NCBI GenBank assembly: GCA_963806035.1
Contig: CAWDWO010000014.1
Span: 10,905 to 74,904, forward strand
Direction: 5' to 3'
DNA length: 64,000 nucleotides
Source of the DNA: Candidatus Krumholzibacteriota bacterium
GTDB lineage: Bacteria; Krumholzibacteriota; Krumholzibacteriia; JAJRXK01
The notes under the pieces were generated by a model. That model was not told the origin of the DNA, searched no databases, and was given only the letters and a program-made list of their open reading frames with translations. The translations under genes were made by a program, and so were the position numbers. Shown here piece after piece: positions 20,162-29,940 of this stretch (position 1 is the stretch's first letter; each line of letters opens with the position of its first letter).

Positions 20162-23100
20162 TCATTTCAGCAGTGTCATACGCCTGGTGTCCCGGAACGA
20201 GCCGGCCTCCATCCGGCAGAAATACACGCCGGAGGCCACCTGCTGCCCGCGGTCGCTCAGTCCGTTCCAGATGACATCGTGGCTCCCGGAGGCCCGCTCC
20301 TCATCGATGAGCACTCGCACCAGACGACCGGCAATGTTGAATACGCTCAACCTAACCCTCGCCGGCTGCGGCAGATCAAAGCTGATGGTCGTCACCGGGT
20401 TGAACGGGTTCGGCGCGATGCCGCGCAAGGCATACGCCCTCGGCAATGCGGGTTCGGTCACTCCCGTCGCCGAACCGATCATCTGCTCCAGCGCGAAGGC
20501 CGAGCCGGCGTAGCCCGCGTCCAACGCCTGCACGCTCCAGTACACCGGCGGTGCCGGGACGTCCACGGTCCAGCTCAGGTTGTGATTCGCATTCCCCAGG
20601 GCGGGGATGCATCGATAGCCGGAGGCGTCGTCGGCCATGGCGGCGGTGATCTCGCTGCCGCCCGGCGTGGTCCCCAACCGCAGGTTGTAGGTGAGTCCGG
20701 CGGCCGGCGTCTCTGCGTCCGTGGCCGCGTCCCAGCTGAGCGTGACGCCGCTTGCGGACCAGACTGCGGCGAGGTTGCCGGGCGCCGTCGGAGGGGTGTT
20801 GGGGATCGGAGTGAGATTCTCGTACACCTTGGCCACCTCTTGGTATCCAGAATCTAATCCGGTGAGCAGGATGTCGAGGTCGCCGTCGTTGTCGTAGTCC
20901 CCCCAGGCGACCGAGGAGACAGAGACTCCGGTGAGTCCGGCGGGGACTTCGGTGAAGGCGCCACCGGTGTTCTCGTACACCTTGGTCACCGGGCCTCCAG
21001 AAGCGTATCCGGTGAGGAGGATGTCGAGGTCGCCGTCGTTGTCGTAGTCACCCCAGGCGACCGAGGAGTCGTAGACCCCGGTGAGTCCGGCTGCGGGGAC
21101 TTCGGTGAAGGCGCCACCGGTGTTCTCGTACACCTTGGTCACCTTGTTGATTCCAGAATCCCCTCCGGTGAGCAGGATGTCGAGGTCGCCGTCGTTGTCG
21201 TAGTCCCCCCAGGCGACCGAGGAGCCAGAGACTCCGGTGAGTCCGGCGGGACTTCGGTGAAGGCGCCACCGGTGTTCTCGTACACCTTGGCCACCGGGCC
21301 TCCAGAAGCGTATCCGGTGAGGAGGATGTCGAGGTCGCCGTCGTTGTCGTAGTCTCCCCAGGCGACCGAGGAGTAAGCGACCCCGGTGAGTCCGGCGGGG
21401 ATTTCGGTGAAGGCGCCACCGGTGTTCTCGTACACCTTGGCCACCAGGCCTCCAGAAGGGAGGCCGGTGAGCAGGATGTCGAGGTCGCCGTCGTTGTCGT
21501 AGTCCCCCCAGGCGACCGAGGAGCTAGAGACCCCGGTGAGTCCGGCGGGAACTTCGGTGAAGGCGCCACCGGTGTTCTCGTACACCTTGGTCACCGGGAT
21601 GTATGGCGGGGAAGAAGCCGTATTTCCGGTGAGCAGGATGTCGAGGTCGCCGTCGTTGTCGTAGTCCCCCCAGGCGACCGAGGAGTCGTAGACCCCGGTG
21701 AGTCCGGCTGCGGGGACTTCGGAGAAGGCGCCACCGGTGTTCTCGTACACCTTGGCCACCGGTTGGTATTCAGAATCTAATCCGGTGAGGAGGATGTCGA
21801 GGTCGCCGTCGTTGTCGTAGTCCCCCCAGGCGACCGAGGAGGACCAGACCCCGGTGAGTCCGGTTGCGGGGACTTCGGAGAAGGGCCCCGCCGTCTCTTC
21901 TGTGGCGAAGGCTGAGCCGGCGTAGCCCGCGTCCAACGCCTGCACGCTCCAGTACACCGGCGGTGCCGGGACGTCCAGGGTCCAGCTCAGGTTGTGATTC
22001 GCATTCCCCAGGGCGGGGACGCGTCGGTAGCCGGAGGCGTCGTCGGCCATGGCGGCGGTGATCTCGCTGCCCCCCGGCGTGGTCCCCACCCGCAGGTTGT
22101 AGGTGAGTCCGGCGGCCGGCGTCTCGGCGTCCGTGGCCGCGTCCCAGCTGAGCGTGACGCCGCTTGCGGACCAGACTGCGGCGAGGTTGCCGGGCGCCGT
22201 CGGAGGGGTGTTGGGGATCGGAGTGAGATTCTCGTACACCTTGGCCACCGGGTTGCCTCCAGAATCGTATCCGGCGGTGAGCAGGATGTCGAGGTCGCCG
22301 TCGTTGTCGTAGTCCCCCCAGGCGACCGAGGAGTCATAGACCCCGGTGAGTCCAGTTGCGGGGACTTCCGAGAAGGCGCCGTCGGTGTTCTCGTACACCT
22401 TGGCCACCGGGTTTCCTCCAGAAGGAGGGAGTCCGGTGAGCAGGATGTCGAGGTCGCCGTCGTTGTCGTAGTCCCCCCAGGCGACCGAGGAGGCATAGAC
22501 CCCGGTGAGTCCGGCGGGGACTTCGGTGAAGGCGCCGTCGGTGTTCTCGTAGACCTTGGCCACGTAGTTGTATCCAAAAGCCTCTCCGGTGAGCAGGATG
22601 TCGAGGTCGCCGTCGTTGTCGTAGTCCCCCCAGGCGACCGAGGAGGCAACGACCCCGGTGAGTCCGGCGGGGACTTCGGAGAAGGCGCCACCGGTGTTCT
22701 CGTACACCTTGGCCACCGGGTTGTCTCCAGAATCCTCTCCGGTGAGCAGGATGTCGAGGTCGCCGTCGTTGTCGTAGTCCCCCCAGGCGACCGAGGAGAA
22801 ATAGACCCCGGTGAGTCCGGCGGGAACTTCGGAGAAGGCGCCACCGGTGTTCTCGTACACCTTGGCCACCGGGCCTCCAGAAGCGTATCCGGTGAGGAGG
22901 ATGTCGAGGTCGCCGTCGTTGTCGTAGTCTCCCCAGGCGACCGAGGAGCCAGCGACTCCGGTGAGTCCGGCGGGGACTTCGGAGAAGGCGCCGTCGGTGT
23001 TCTCGTACACCTTGGCCACCCAGTTGGATCCAGAATCCCTTCCGGTGAGCAGGATGTCGAGGTCGCCGTCGTTGTCGTAGTCCCCCCAGGCGACCGAGGA

Positions 23101-24057
23101 CCCCCAGACCCCGGTGAGGCCGGTTGCAGGGACTTCGGAGAAGGTGCCACCGGTGTTCTCGTACATCTTGGCCACCGGGTTGGATCCAGAATCGCGTCCG
23201 GTGAGGAGGATGTCGAGGTCGCCGTCGTTGTCGTAGTCCCCCCAGGCGACCGAGGAGCCATAGACCCCGGTGAGTCCGGCTTCGATGTCCTCGAACGGAC
23301 AAAGGGTGGGGCGCGTCTGGAGCCCGGCGATCTCCGAGGGCGTCAGCACGCGTTCCCAGAAGCTCACGTCGTCGATCCAGCCGTCCCAGTTACGGCCGGT
23401 GCGATACCTGTGTCCGCCGATGATCAGTCCGGCCACGTTCGAAAGGGGGTCGTGCGACGCCATCGTCAGCACGGGGGCCCCGTCCAGATAGGCTCTGTGC
23501 TCCGCTGCGCTCGCGTCGTAGGTCACGATGATGTTGTGCCACTGGGAAAGATCCGGCTGGTCAAAATCCCCGGCGGTAATGCCGCCAGGCCACTGGGTGT
23601 AGACCTGTCCCCGATCGTCGTATCCGTCACCCTCGATGTCCCTCAGGCCATAGGAGACCGCGTAGGCATCGTTTCCTCCGATGCCCGTACTCTCCATGAT
23701 GAAATAGCGAAGGTCGTAGTTGCCGTCATCGATGTCGGAAAACGTCGCACGATACCAGGCGGAGTAGGTGTGATCCTGCCCTGAGGTGATAACCGGCGAG
23801 TCCACTTCGAGGTACTGCTCCAGCGCCCGCGTGAACCGTATCGAGGAGCCGAAACGTCCGGGGGCGCCAGGGGTGGCGCCGTTCGGATGGGTAGCGTTGA
23901 AACTCTGGCCGCCGAACGTGGCCTGGTACGCGTCCTCGCCGGACCCGTCGAAATTCCAGTAGGCCACCAGGCCGTCGACCAGTTCCGCGGCGGCAGGAAC
24001 TGCATACAGCGCCGCCAGCACGCAGAGAGCCAGGAGAAGCAGGGTGATAGTTTTCAT
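20162..24057 (-). CDS. Secreted LamG + (7x FG-GAP propeller + FN3-like)x2 + FlgD-Ig protein; one frameshift near 21248
   Basis: Signal peptide; LamG (LVAYWNFD, WHNI..TYD, WDGWIDDV); 14 SVAWGDYDNDGDLDILLT repeats; the repeat near 21248 has GGG where the equivalent copies have GGGG or GGGA, joining ORFs 21139-24057 and 20162-21142. Confidence 0.88.
20815..23281 (-). repeat. Two arrays of 7 tandem, ~150-160 bp near-identical coding repeats
   Basis: Recurring GGATGTCGAGGTCGCCGTCGTTGTCGTAGTC(C/T/A)CCCCAGGCGACCGAGGA; the ~340-bp FN3 block (~20503-20840) is also duplicated at ~21913-22250. Confidence 0.95.
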
Positions 24058-24635
24058 GAAGGTTCACCCTCCAGCGGATGTTGAAGGAGCCCTGACCCCA
24101 GGGACCATGGCCACTTGGTCTGCAGCAGCGAGGGAGACTCGAAGGCCTCGTCCGGCCGACACAGAATTCCAGCTTCGTAATCGAGCTGCGTGCCCCAGGA
24201 TATGGGATCACTTGTCACCCCGGGCACGCAGATCGTAATTTGGTACTGACCGGCGGTCGTCGTGGGACTTACGGTGACGTAAACCACGTCGTCGTCGCCA
24301 TCGCCATCGAAGTCGGCGCTGGCCAGGTCCAGCTCCAGCTCTTCCACGACCGAATTGGAAGTCTCCTCATCAAAAAAATCCCATCCACCGAAAGCTGATG
24401 ACACGTAATCGTGCAGCTCTCCCATGAGATAGCCGGATGAGCTGCCGCTATGAAATGCGCCAAGCGTTATGGGCTCAGCGGAATTGCCGAGTATGGTATT
24501 GCCCCAAAGGGGATGGGGTTTGGTCGCCTCTGCCCGAGCTGATGCAGACAATGCGGACAAAAGAAACACGCAGCTGAAAAGGAAGAGGAAGGGACATGGT
24601 ATTTTGACGGGCAGTGGAGGTTTCATCGACAACAA
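24054..24635 (-). pseudogene. Probable N-terminal fragment of a secreted FG-GAP protein
   Basis: AAGGAG RBS, signal peptide, single ADFDGDGDDDVV motif, ends abruptly with an ATGA overlap onto the next gene. Confidence 0.5.
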
Positions 24636-25065
24636 CTCCTTTGGAACTCCGGTCCGTGAGAACGGCGGAACACCAGGGGGAAAAAGAGTCCTACGAAATG
24701 AACCCGACGGAAGCCGAAACTTGCCGCCTTATCTCAGCGGACGAGAGGAGCGGCAAGAATGCGGGAGACTCCCGTTCCTGACGGAAGCCTGGTTTCATGT
24801 GGAGGCGGCGAGGCGCGTACGGTGATGGGAATTCACCAGAGGCCGCGACGCGGGCTGATCGCCGACCCTACCCCAGGGATACGTGCCAAAGGACCAAGGC
24901 AACGCGAGACGAGCGAACCTGAGGTAGGAACTTCAGCCTCGCCAGTATGAGGGATCGTGGCCGACCTGTATATAACAAGCTCCCATTATCTTATATTGAA
25001 ATGCTTCGCACTGTGGCAGTGACCCTGGACGAGCGTTCGGGCGAACAGAGTTGTCGGCCTCGTAC

Positions 25066-27162
25066 CTACTTGAGCAAAGCCATCTTCTGCGTCTCCACTC
25101 GATCGCCCGCTTTCAAATGCGCCAGATACACGCCGGAGGGCATGGCCTTTCCGCTATCGTCACGTCCATCCCAGCTGCGCACGTAATGCCCTGCCTCGAA
25201 AATCGCGTCGGCAAGCACGGCCACCTTGCGCCCACTGGCGTCGTAGATCATCAAGCTCACCGGACCGGCCTGCTCGATGTCGAAGGCGAGGCGAGTGCGC
25301 GGGTTGAAGGGATTGGGGAAGTTCGGTTGCAACATGGGGCGCGAGGCTGAGGGAATTTCCTCGGCAACCGCGGTGGGACAGGTCCGCATGGTCTCGGACA
25401 TCACCCCGCGGAACAACTCCTTGGCGGCCGTTTCGACCCGGTTGAAGGTGTCGGTGTTGTTGCTGCCGTTGTTGACGAAGACTCCGAACACGAAGTCCCG
25501 ATACACCAGTCGCGGGAAGGTGGCGCAGGTCGGCAGGCTGACGATTCCCGCGATCGCGATGTACTCGTGGTTCGTGCTGTTGAAGATCAGGGTGTAACCG
25601 CCGGGTTTCCAGGCCTCGCGCACGTTGGCCCAGTAGCTGTCGGCGGTGTTACCGATGCCCAGGCTCGTGGCGACCTCGTTGACGAGGTCCTTCAGATCGG
25701 TCGTGAACCACCAGGGACTGGGGGTATCCTGATTTTGCATCAGGCTGTAGTAGGTGTCGCGCATGGGAGTGCTCAAAATCTGTAGGGTCTCGATGCGTTC
25801 GAACAGCTCGCCGGCATCGCGGAGGGTCATCATGTTGGGATTGGCGATGGCGTCGGAGCCACACCCCAAGGTGTGCTGGGCCAGGGTGCTGGTCATGCCC
25901 GCGATGTTCTGGGCGGTGGCATTGATGGCCGGCAATCCGTAGAGGTCGGCGATGGCCTTGGCCGCGGCGTTGTCCGAATTGACCATCATCCTTCGCAGCA
26001 CCTCCTGCAGAGGCTGACTATCGAAGGGTGCGCCGCCAATGGGACAGCTGCCGCTGTAGTTCACCGAGTAGTTGATCGGCGTAAGCAGGGTGATGTTACC
26101 CGCCATCACCTCGCGGATCGCCTTCAGATGGTAGGTGGTCTTCATGGTGCTGGCCGGCTCGAACTGGAAATCCGGCTGCAGGGAGGCGTAGGTCGGCCCG
26201 TTGATCTCCCGCAGATAGCAACCGGTGTCTCCATCGGAGCCCCACTCGAGGATGCTTCCGATCTGCACCGTCAAGTTCGAGGAATTGTTCAGAAGAACGA
26301 TGTTGTAGCGATCCTGCCCGCCACCGTTCAGGTAGTGGTCGATGTCCACGATGCGTGAACCGGCCTGACTGGCCTTCTGCCCTACCTGATCGAAGGTCAG
26401 ACCGTAGTACCACCACCAGGTGGCCGGCGTGTGATAGCCTTCGTCGATGAGGATTGCATCGAATGTGGGAGTTGCCGGGTCGCGCACCTCGAACTCGAGG
26501 ATCCGCATGTTGTTGGCATCCATGTAGTTCTGGATGGTGGTCAGGTCCGTGTTGTAGTACCAGGCCCAACCGGCGGCGTCCTCGCCCGTGTTTGCGATCA
26601 TGATGGCGGCGTAACGCGTGCCGGAGACGGTGCTGTAGGACTCGAGATCGATCAGCCTCGCATTGTTATTGCTGAGGTAGGTCGAAATATCGGTGGTCGT
26701 GGTACCGACGTAGTACCACCAGGCTTTCTGTTGAGCCCCCGTGTTGGGAACCATGACCACGGCAAAGCGTTCGTTGCCACCATCGATGTAGCGCTCGATG
26801 TCGATCAAGCGCGCATCGTTGTTGGTGAGAAAGGTTCCGATGTCCGCGAGAGTAAGACCGAAGTACCACCAGAATCCCGAGGCGTAGATTCCCTGGTTCT
26901 TGACGAAGGCACAGGTAAAGCGCAGCGGGGATTCGCTGTAGATCTCGATGTCGGTCAGGCGGGCGTTGAAATTGTTGATCTGGTCTGTGATCTGGGCTTC
27001 GGTCACGTTGCTCAGGTAGTACCAGGCGGTCTGGGTATCCTCGATCCTCTCGGGATCAACCGTGGCCTGGGCCAGCGTAGGAGCTAGAAGGAAAAGTGCC
27101 ACGATGGCGCAGAGGCTATGCCGAAGGTAGCGATTACCTGGCATGGATCTCAGGGGTACCAT
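25066..27162 (-). CDS. Secreted serine hydrolase (class A beta-lactamase fold) with N-terminal tandem repeats (BTRD1-like) and FlgD-Ig tail
   Basis: About five 'WWYY.G.T...I...L..N.ARLIDIE.Y' repeats; SxxK (ASTMK), SDN, KPG; PNFPNPFNPRT...KMALLK. Confidence 0.82.
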   Translation of the reverse strand: MVPLRSMPGNRYLRHSLCAIVALFLLAPTLAQATVDPERIEDTQTAWYYLSNVTEAQITDQINNFNARLTDIEIYSESPLRFTCAFVKNQGIYASGFWWYFGLTLADIGTFLTNNDARLIDIERYIDGGNERFAVVMVPNTGAQQKAWWYYVGTTTTDISTYLSNNNARLIDLESYSTVSGTRYAAIMIANTGEDAAGWAWYYNTDLTTIQNYMDANNMRILEFEVRDPATPTFDAILIDEGYHTPATWWWYYGLTFDQVGQKASQAGSRIVDIDHYLNGGGQDRYNIVLLNNSSNLTVQIGSILEWGSDGDTGCYLREINGPTYASLQPDFQFEPASTMKTTYHLKAIREVMAGNITLLTPINYSVNYSGSCPIGGAPFDSQPLQEVLRRMMVNSDNAAAKAIADLYGLPAINATAQNIAGMTSTLAQHTLGCGSDAIANPNMMTLRDAGELFERIETLQILSTPMRDTYYSLMQNQDTPSPWWFTTDLKDLVNEVATSLGIGNTADSYWANVREAWKPGGYTLIFNSTNHEYIAIAGIVSLPTCATFPRLVYRDFVFGVFVNNGSNNTDTFNRVETAAKELFRGVMSETMRTCPTAVAEEIPSASRPMLQPNFPNPFNPRTRLAFDIEQAGPVSLMIYDASGRKVAVLADAIFEAGHYVRSWDGRDDSGKAMPSGVYLAHLKAGDRVETQKMALLK

Positions 27163-27459
27163 GGAGGTGTCCTTTGGGTTGTCCGGGGAATTTGGACCGT
27201 CGTCGCAATCGGGCTGATGGGAAGGCGTGCTCCGAAGGGACGGCTTAAGGCATTAGGGCACACATCCACGGTTTCACAAAGGAGCTTTGGGGAAAGTTCT
27301 CAAGGGGCGCACTCGGCCGCGCCTAAGCTCATTAGATATAAGGTCTGGCTATGTTCCGATGGTGACAATCCGTGCCTTGACCCGGCCGTTTGGTCGCGTG
27401 CTCTCTTTGGGCCTCTCGCTGACAAAGAAATCGTTAGCTCGATCTCTCTCCTTCGATTC

Positions 27460-29355
27460 TTACTTGATCAGCGTCATGCGAATCGCCTGGTGGTACTCGC
27501 CCGCATCCAGACGGCAGACGTACACGCCGGAGGCCACGCTGCGCCCGGAATCGCTCCTTCCGTCCCAAAGCGCCTCCCGTTGACCCGCCGCGATTTCCTT
27601 GCCCGCGATGAGTGTCCGTACCAAGCGACCCGCCAGGTCGTAGACCCTCAGCTTGACGCGGGAGTCGCGCGGCAGCTCGTAACGGATGGTGGTCCGTGGA
27701 TTGAAGGGATTGGGCACTGCCTCGTGCAAGGCGAAACGGCGCGGCATGGGAGCTGCGTCGTCTTCCACTGCGGTAGCGATGGTCGACGCGAACGGTGAGC
27801 CCACGAAAGCCCCGTCAATGGCCTGCACGCTCCAGTAGTAATCCGGGCCGAGAGGAAGTTCAAGCGTCCAGCTCGTGCGGTGGTTCAGGTTGCCCATCGC
27901 TGCAACCAGGCGCTTCCCCGCCGGCCAGATCGCCATGCCGGGCATCACTTCCTCTCCATCGGGGAAGGTACCGACCCGCAGGTTGTAAGTGAGTCCCTCC
28001 GTGGGAGTGATGTCGTCGCTCGCGGCGTCCCAGCTGAAAGTAATCGCGTTTCCTTCCACCGTAGCCGAGAGGTTCGACGGCGCGCTCGGCGCCAGGTTGG
28101 ATACCCCAATGTTGTTGGTGAAGACTCCAGTGAGATACTCGGAGCCCGTGTATCCCATGATCAAGAAATCGAGATCACCGTCGTTGTCGTAATCGCCCCA
28201 GGCCACCGAGGAATCACACACGCCGGGCAAACCCTCCCCCGCGTCCGTAAAGCTTCCGGCGCCGTTTTTGAAGACCTTCGTAACGAACTCTGTCCCGGTG
28301 TCGCCCGAGAGGAGGATATCCACATCACCGTCGTTGTCGTAATCGCCGCAGGCCACCGCCGAACGCCAGACGGGGGTCAGCGCCTGAACCGGCGTAAAAT
28401 CGAGGTTGCCGAAGTTGTGATACACGAAGGAGATGTAGGTGGAACCCGTGTCGCCTGTGAGGACGAGGTCCAAATCTCCGTCGTTGTCGAAGTCACCGCA
28501 GGCCACTGCCCCGTGCGCAACTCCGATCAAGCCGGCGCTGGCATCGGTGAAGCTGCCGCCCCCATCGTTGCGGTAGATACGCGAGATGTTCCCCGAGCCG
28601 GTATCGCCCGTGAGTACAATGTCGAGATCGCCGTCGTTGTCCAGGTCGGCCCACAAAGCGGAGGAAAAACTGATCCCGGGCAATCCCGCACCGATCGCGG
28701 TGAAGGTGCCGGCATCGTTGCGGTAGACCTCGGCGAGATAACCCGTCCCGGTGCTCGTGAATCCCGTGAGGAGAATGTCGAGATCACCGTCGTTGTCGTA
28801 ATCGCCCCAGGCCGCCGCACAGTCGTACATGCCCGGCAACCCGGCTCCGATGTCGGTGAAGCTGCCGGCGTCGTTGCGATAGACCTTGGCGATGAAACCC
28901 GTCGACGATCCTCCCGCGAGCAGGAAATCCAGATCGCCATCGTTGTCAAAGTCGCCCCAGGCCACCGAGCAGTCGTGCATGTCGGGCAGCCCGGCAACGA
29001 TGTCGTGGAAGGTGCCGTCGCCGTTGTTTCTCCAGATCCCGGCAATGGCTCCGACGCTCGTGAAACCAGAGATCAGGATGTCGAGTTTGCCATCGTCGTC
29101 AAAGTCGCCCCAGTTCAGCGAGGAAGGGGTGGGAATCGTGATCTGTTTGGCGAAATCCTGCGTGTCGGTGACGAGATCTATTCCGGTGAAAAGCACGCTG
29201 TCATTTTGCTGCGAATGCGAAGTTGCGGCGAGAGCGCGGGAAGGAATTGCGAGCCACACGGTGGCCGTGAGAAAGGAGAGGAAGAGAAGCCAGGCGATTG
29301 CGCGGTGCTCGAGTTCAGTCCATCTGTTTGAACCCGCCGTTCTGTTCATCGCCAC
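27460..29355 (-). CDS. Secreted FG-GAP propeller + FN3-like + FlgD-Ig protein, diverged paralog of the 20162-24057 gene
   Basis: Seven GD(F/Y)DNDGDLD-type repeats; TP..GLTYNLRVGT, YWSVQA.D; PNPFNPRT...RMTLIK; GGAGG RBS. Confidence 0.9.
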   Translation of the reverse strand: MAMNRTAGSNRWTELEHRAIAWLLFLSFLTATVWLAIPSRALAATSHSQQNDSVLFTGIDLVTDTQDFAKQITIPTPSSLNWGDFDDDGKLDILISGFTSVGAIAGIWRNNGDGTFHDIVAGLPDMHDCSVAWGDFDNDGDLDFLLAGGSSTGFIAKVYRNDAGSFTDIGAGLPGMYDCAAAWGDYDNDGDLDILLTGFTSTGTGYLAEVYRNDAGTFTAIGAGLPGISFSSALWADLDNDGDLDIVLTGDTGSGNISRIYRNDGGGSFTDASAGLIGVAHGAVACGDFDNDGDLDLVLTGDTGSTYISFVYHNFGNLDFTPVQALTPVWRSAVACGDYDNDGDVDILLSGDTGTEFVTKVFKNGAGSFTDAGEGLPGVCDSSVAWGDYDNDGDLDFLIMGYTGSEYLTGVFTNNIGVSNLAPSAPSNLSATVEGNAITFSWDAASDDITPTEGLTYNLRVGTFPDGEEVMPGMAIWPAGKRLVAAMGNLNHRTSWTLELPLGPDYYWSVQAIDGAFVGSPFASTIATAVEDDAAPMPRRFALHEAVPNPFNPRTTIRYELPRDSRVKLRVYDLAGRLVRTLIAGKEIAAGQREALWDGRSDSGRSVASGVYVCRLDAGEYHQAIRMTLIK

Positions 29356-29498
29356 ACCTCCGGGGAGTTGAGGGTGGGACCCATGCGAGCTTCCTTAGAA
29401 TATACCAAACGATCGAGAGCGAGAGCAACTCACCAAAATCCCGGCTTGGGGATCCATTTTCAACGAGTTCCGGCCGAGTGCCCTTGCCTGTCGCCGCA

Positions 29499-29927
29499 TC
29501 AAAACAAGCCACCGGGATGACTCTTGGACCAGATCACCCAGCTTGCCACCCAAGCCGCAATGAGGACCATCCCCGCAACCAGAAGAACTGCGGCGGTGTT
29601 GCTCTCGCGCGGCGTGGTCCCCTCCACTTCGATCTTGGAGATCTCGTCGATGGGGATCGTCTGGCTATCTACGCCGTAGTTTCCGGCTTTTTCGATGACT
29701 AGTTCCGTCTTGGTGATTCGTCGTACGTTTCCGGTCGCCACGCTGCCATCGTTGCGCGTGACGCGCACGTCCGCGCCCACCCAAACTTCGGGCCTGCCAT
29801 CGTCGTAGCTGGGACCGGTCGCCGAATACGGTAATCTGGCGGACATGTAGTTCGAGCATCCCATGGAACTCACGAGGAAGGCCATAATCGTCACCGCGAC
29901 GATGCTTCGTGACAGGATGCCATTCAA
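29499..29927 (-). CDS. Hypothetical lipoprotein with hydrophobic C-terminal segment
   Basis: GGAGG RBS, lipobox-like SMGC, small beta domain, C-terminal TM-like stretch. Confidence 0.6.
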   Translation of the reverse strand: MNGILSRSIVAVTIMAFLVSSMGCSNYMSARLPYSATGPSYDDGRPEVWVGADVRVTRNDGSVATGNVRRITKTELVIEKAGNYGVDSQTIPIDEISKIEVEGTTPRESNTAAVLLVAGMVLIAAWVASWVIWSKSHPGGLF

Positions 29928-29940
29928 GGAAGGGACCTCC

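Noticed and set aside
20815..23281. CRISPR-like array (constant repeats with variable inserts)
   Set aside because: Units are ~150-160 bp, in frame and encode FG-GAP blades; no cas genes or leader
20815..23281. Canonical diversity-generating retroelement
   Set aside because: No reverse transcriptase or template repeat in the window; variable sites rarely retain A and include indels. A remote DGR is not excluded
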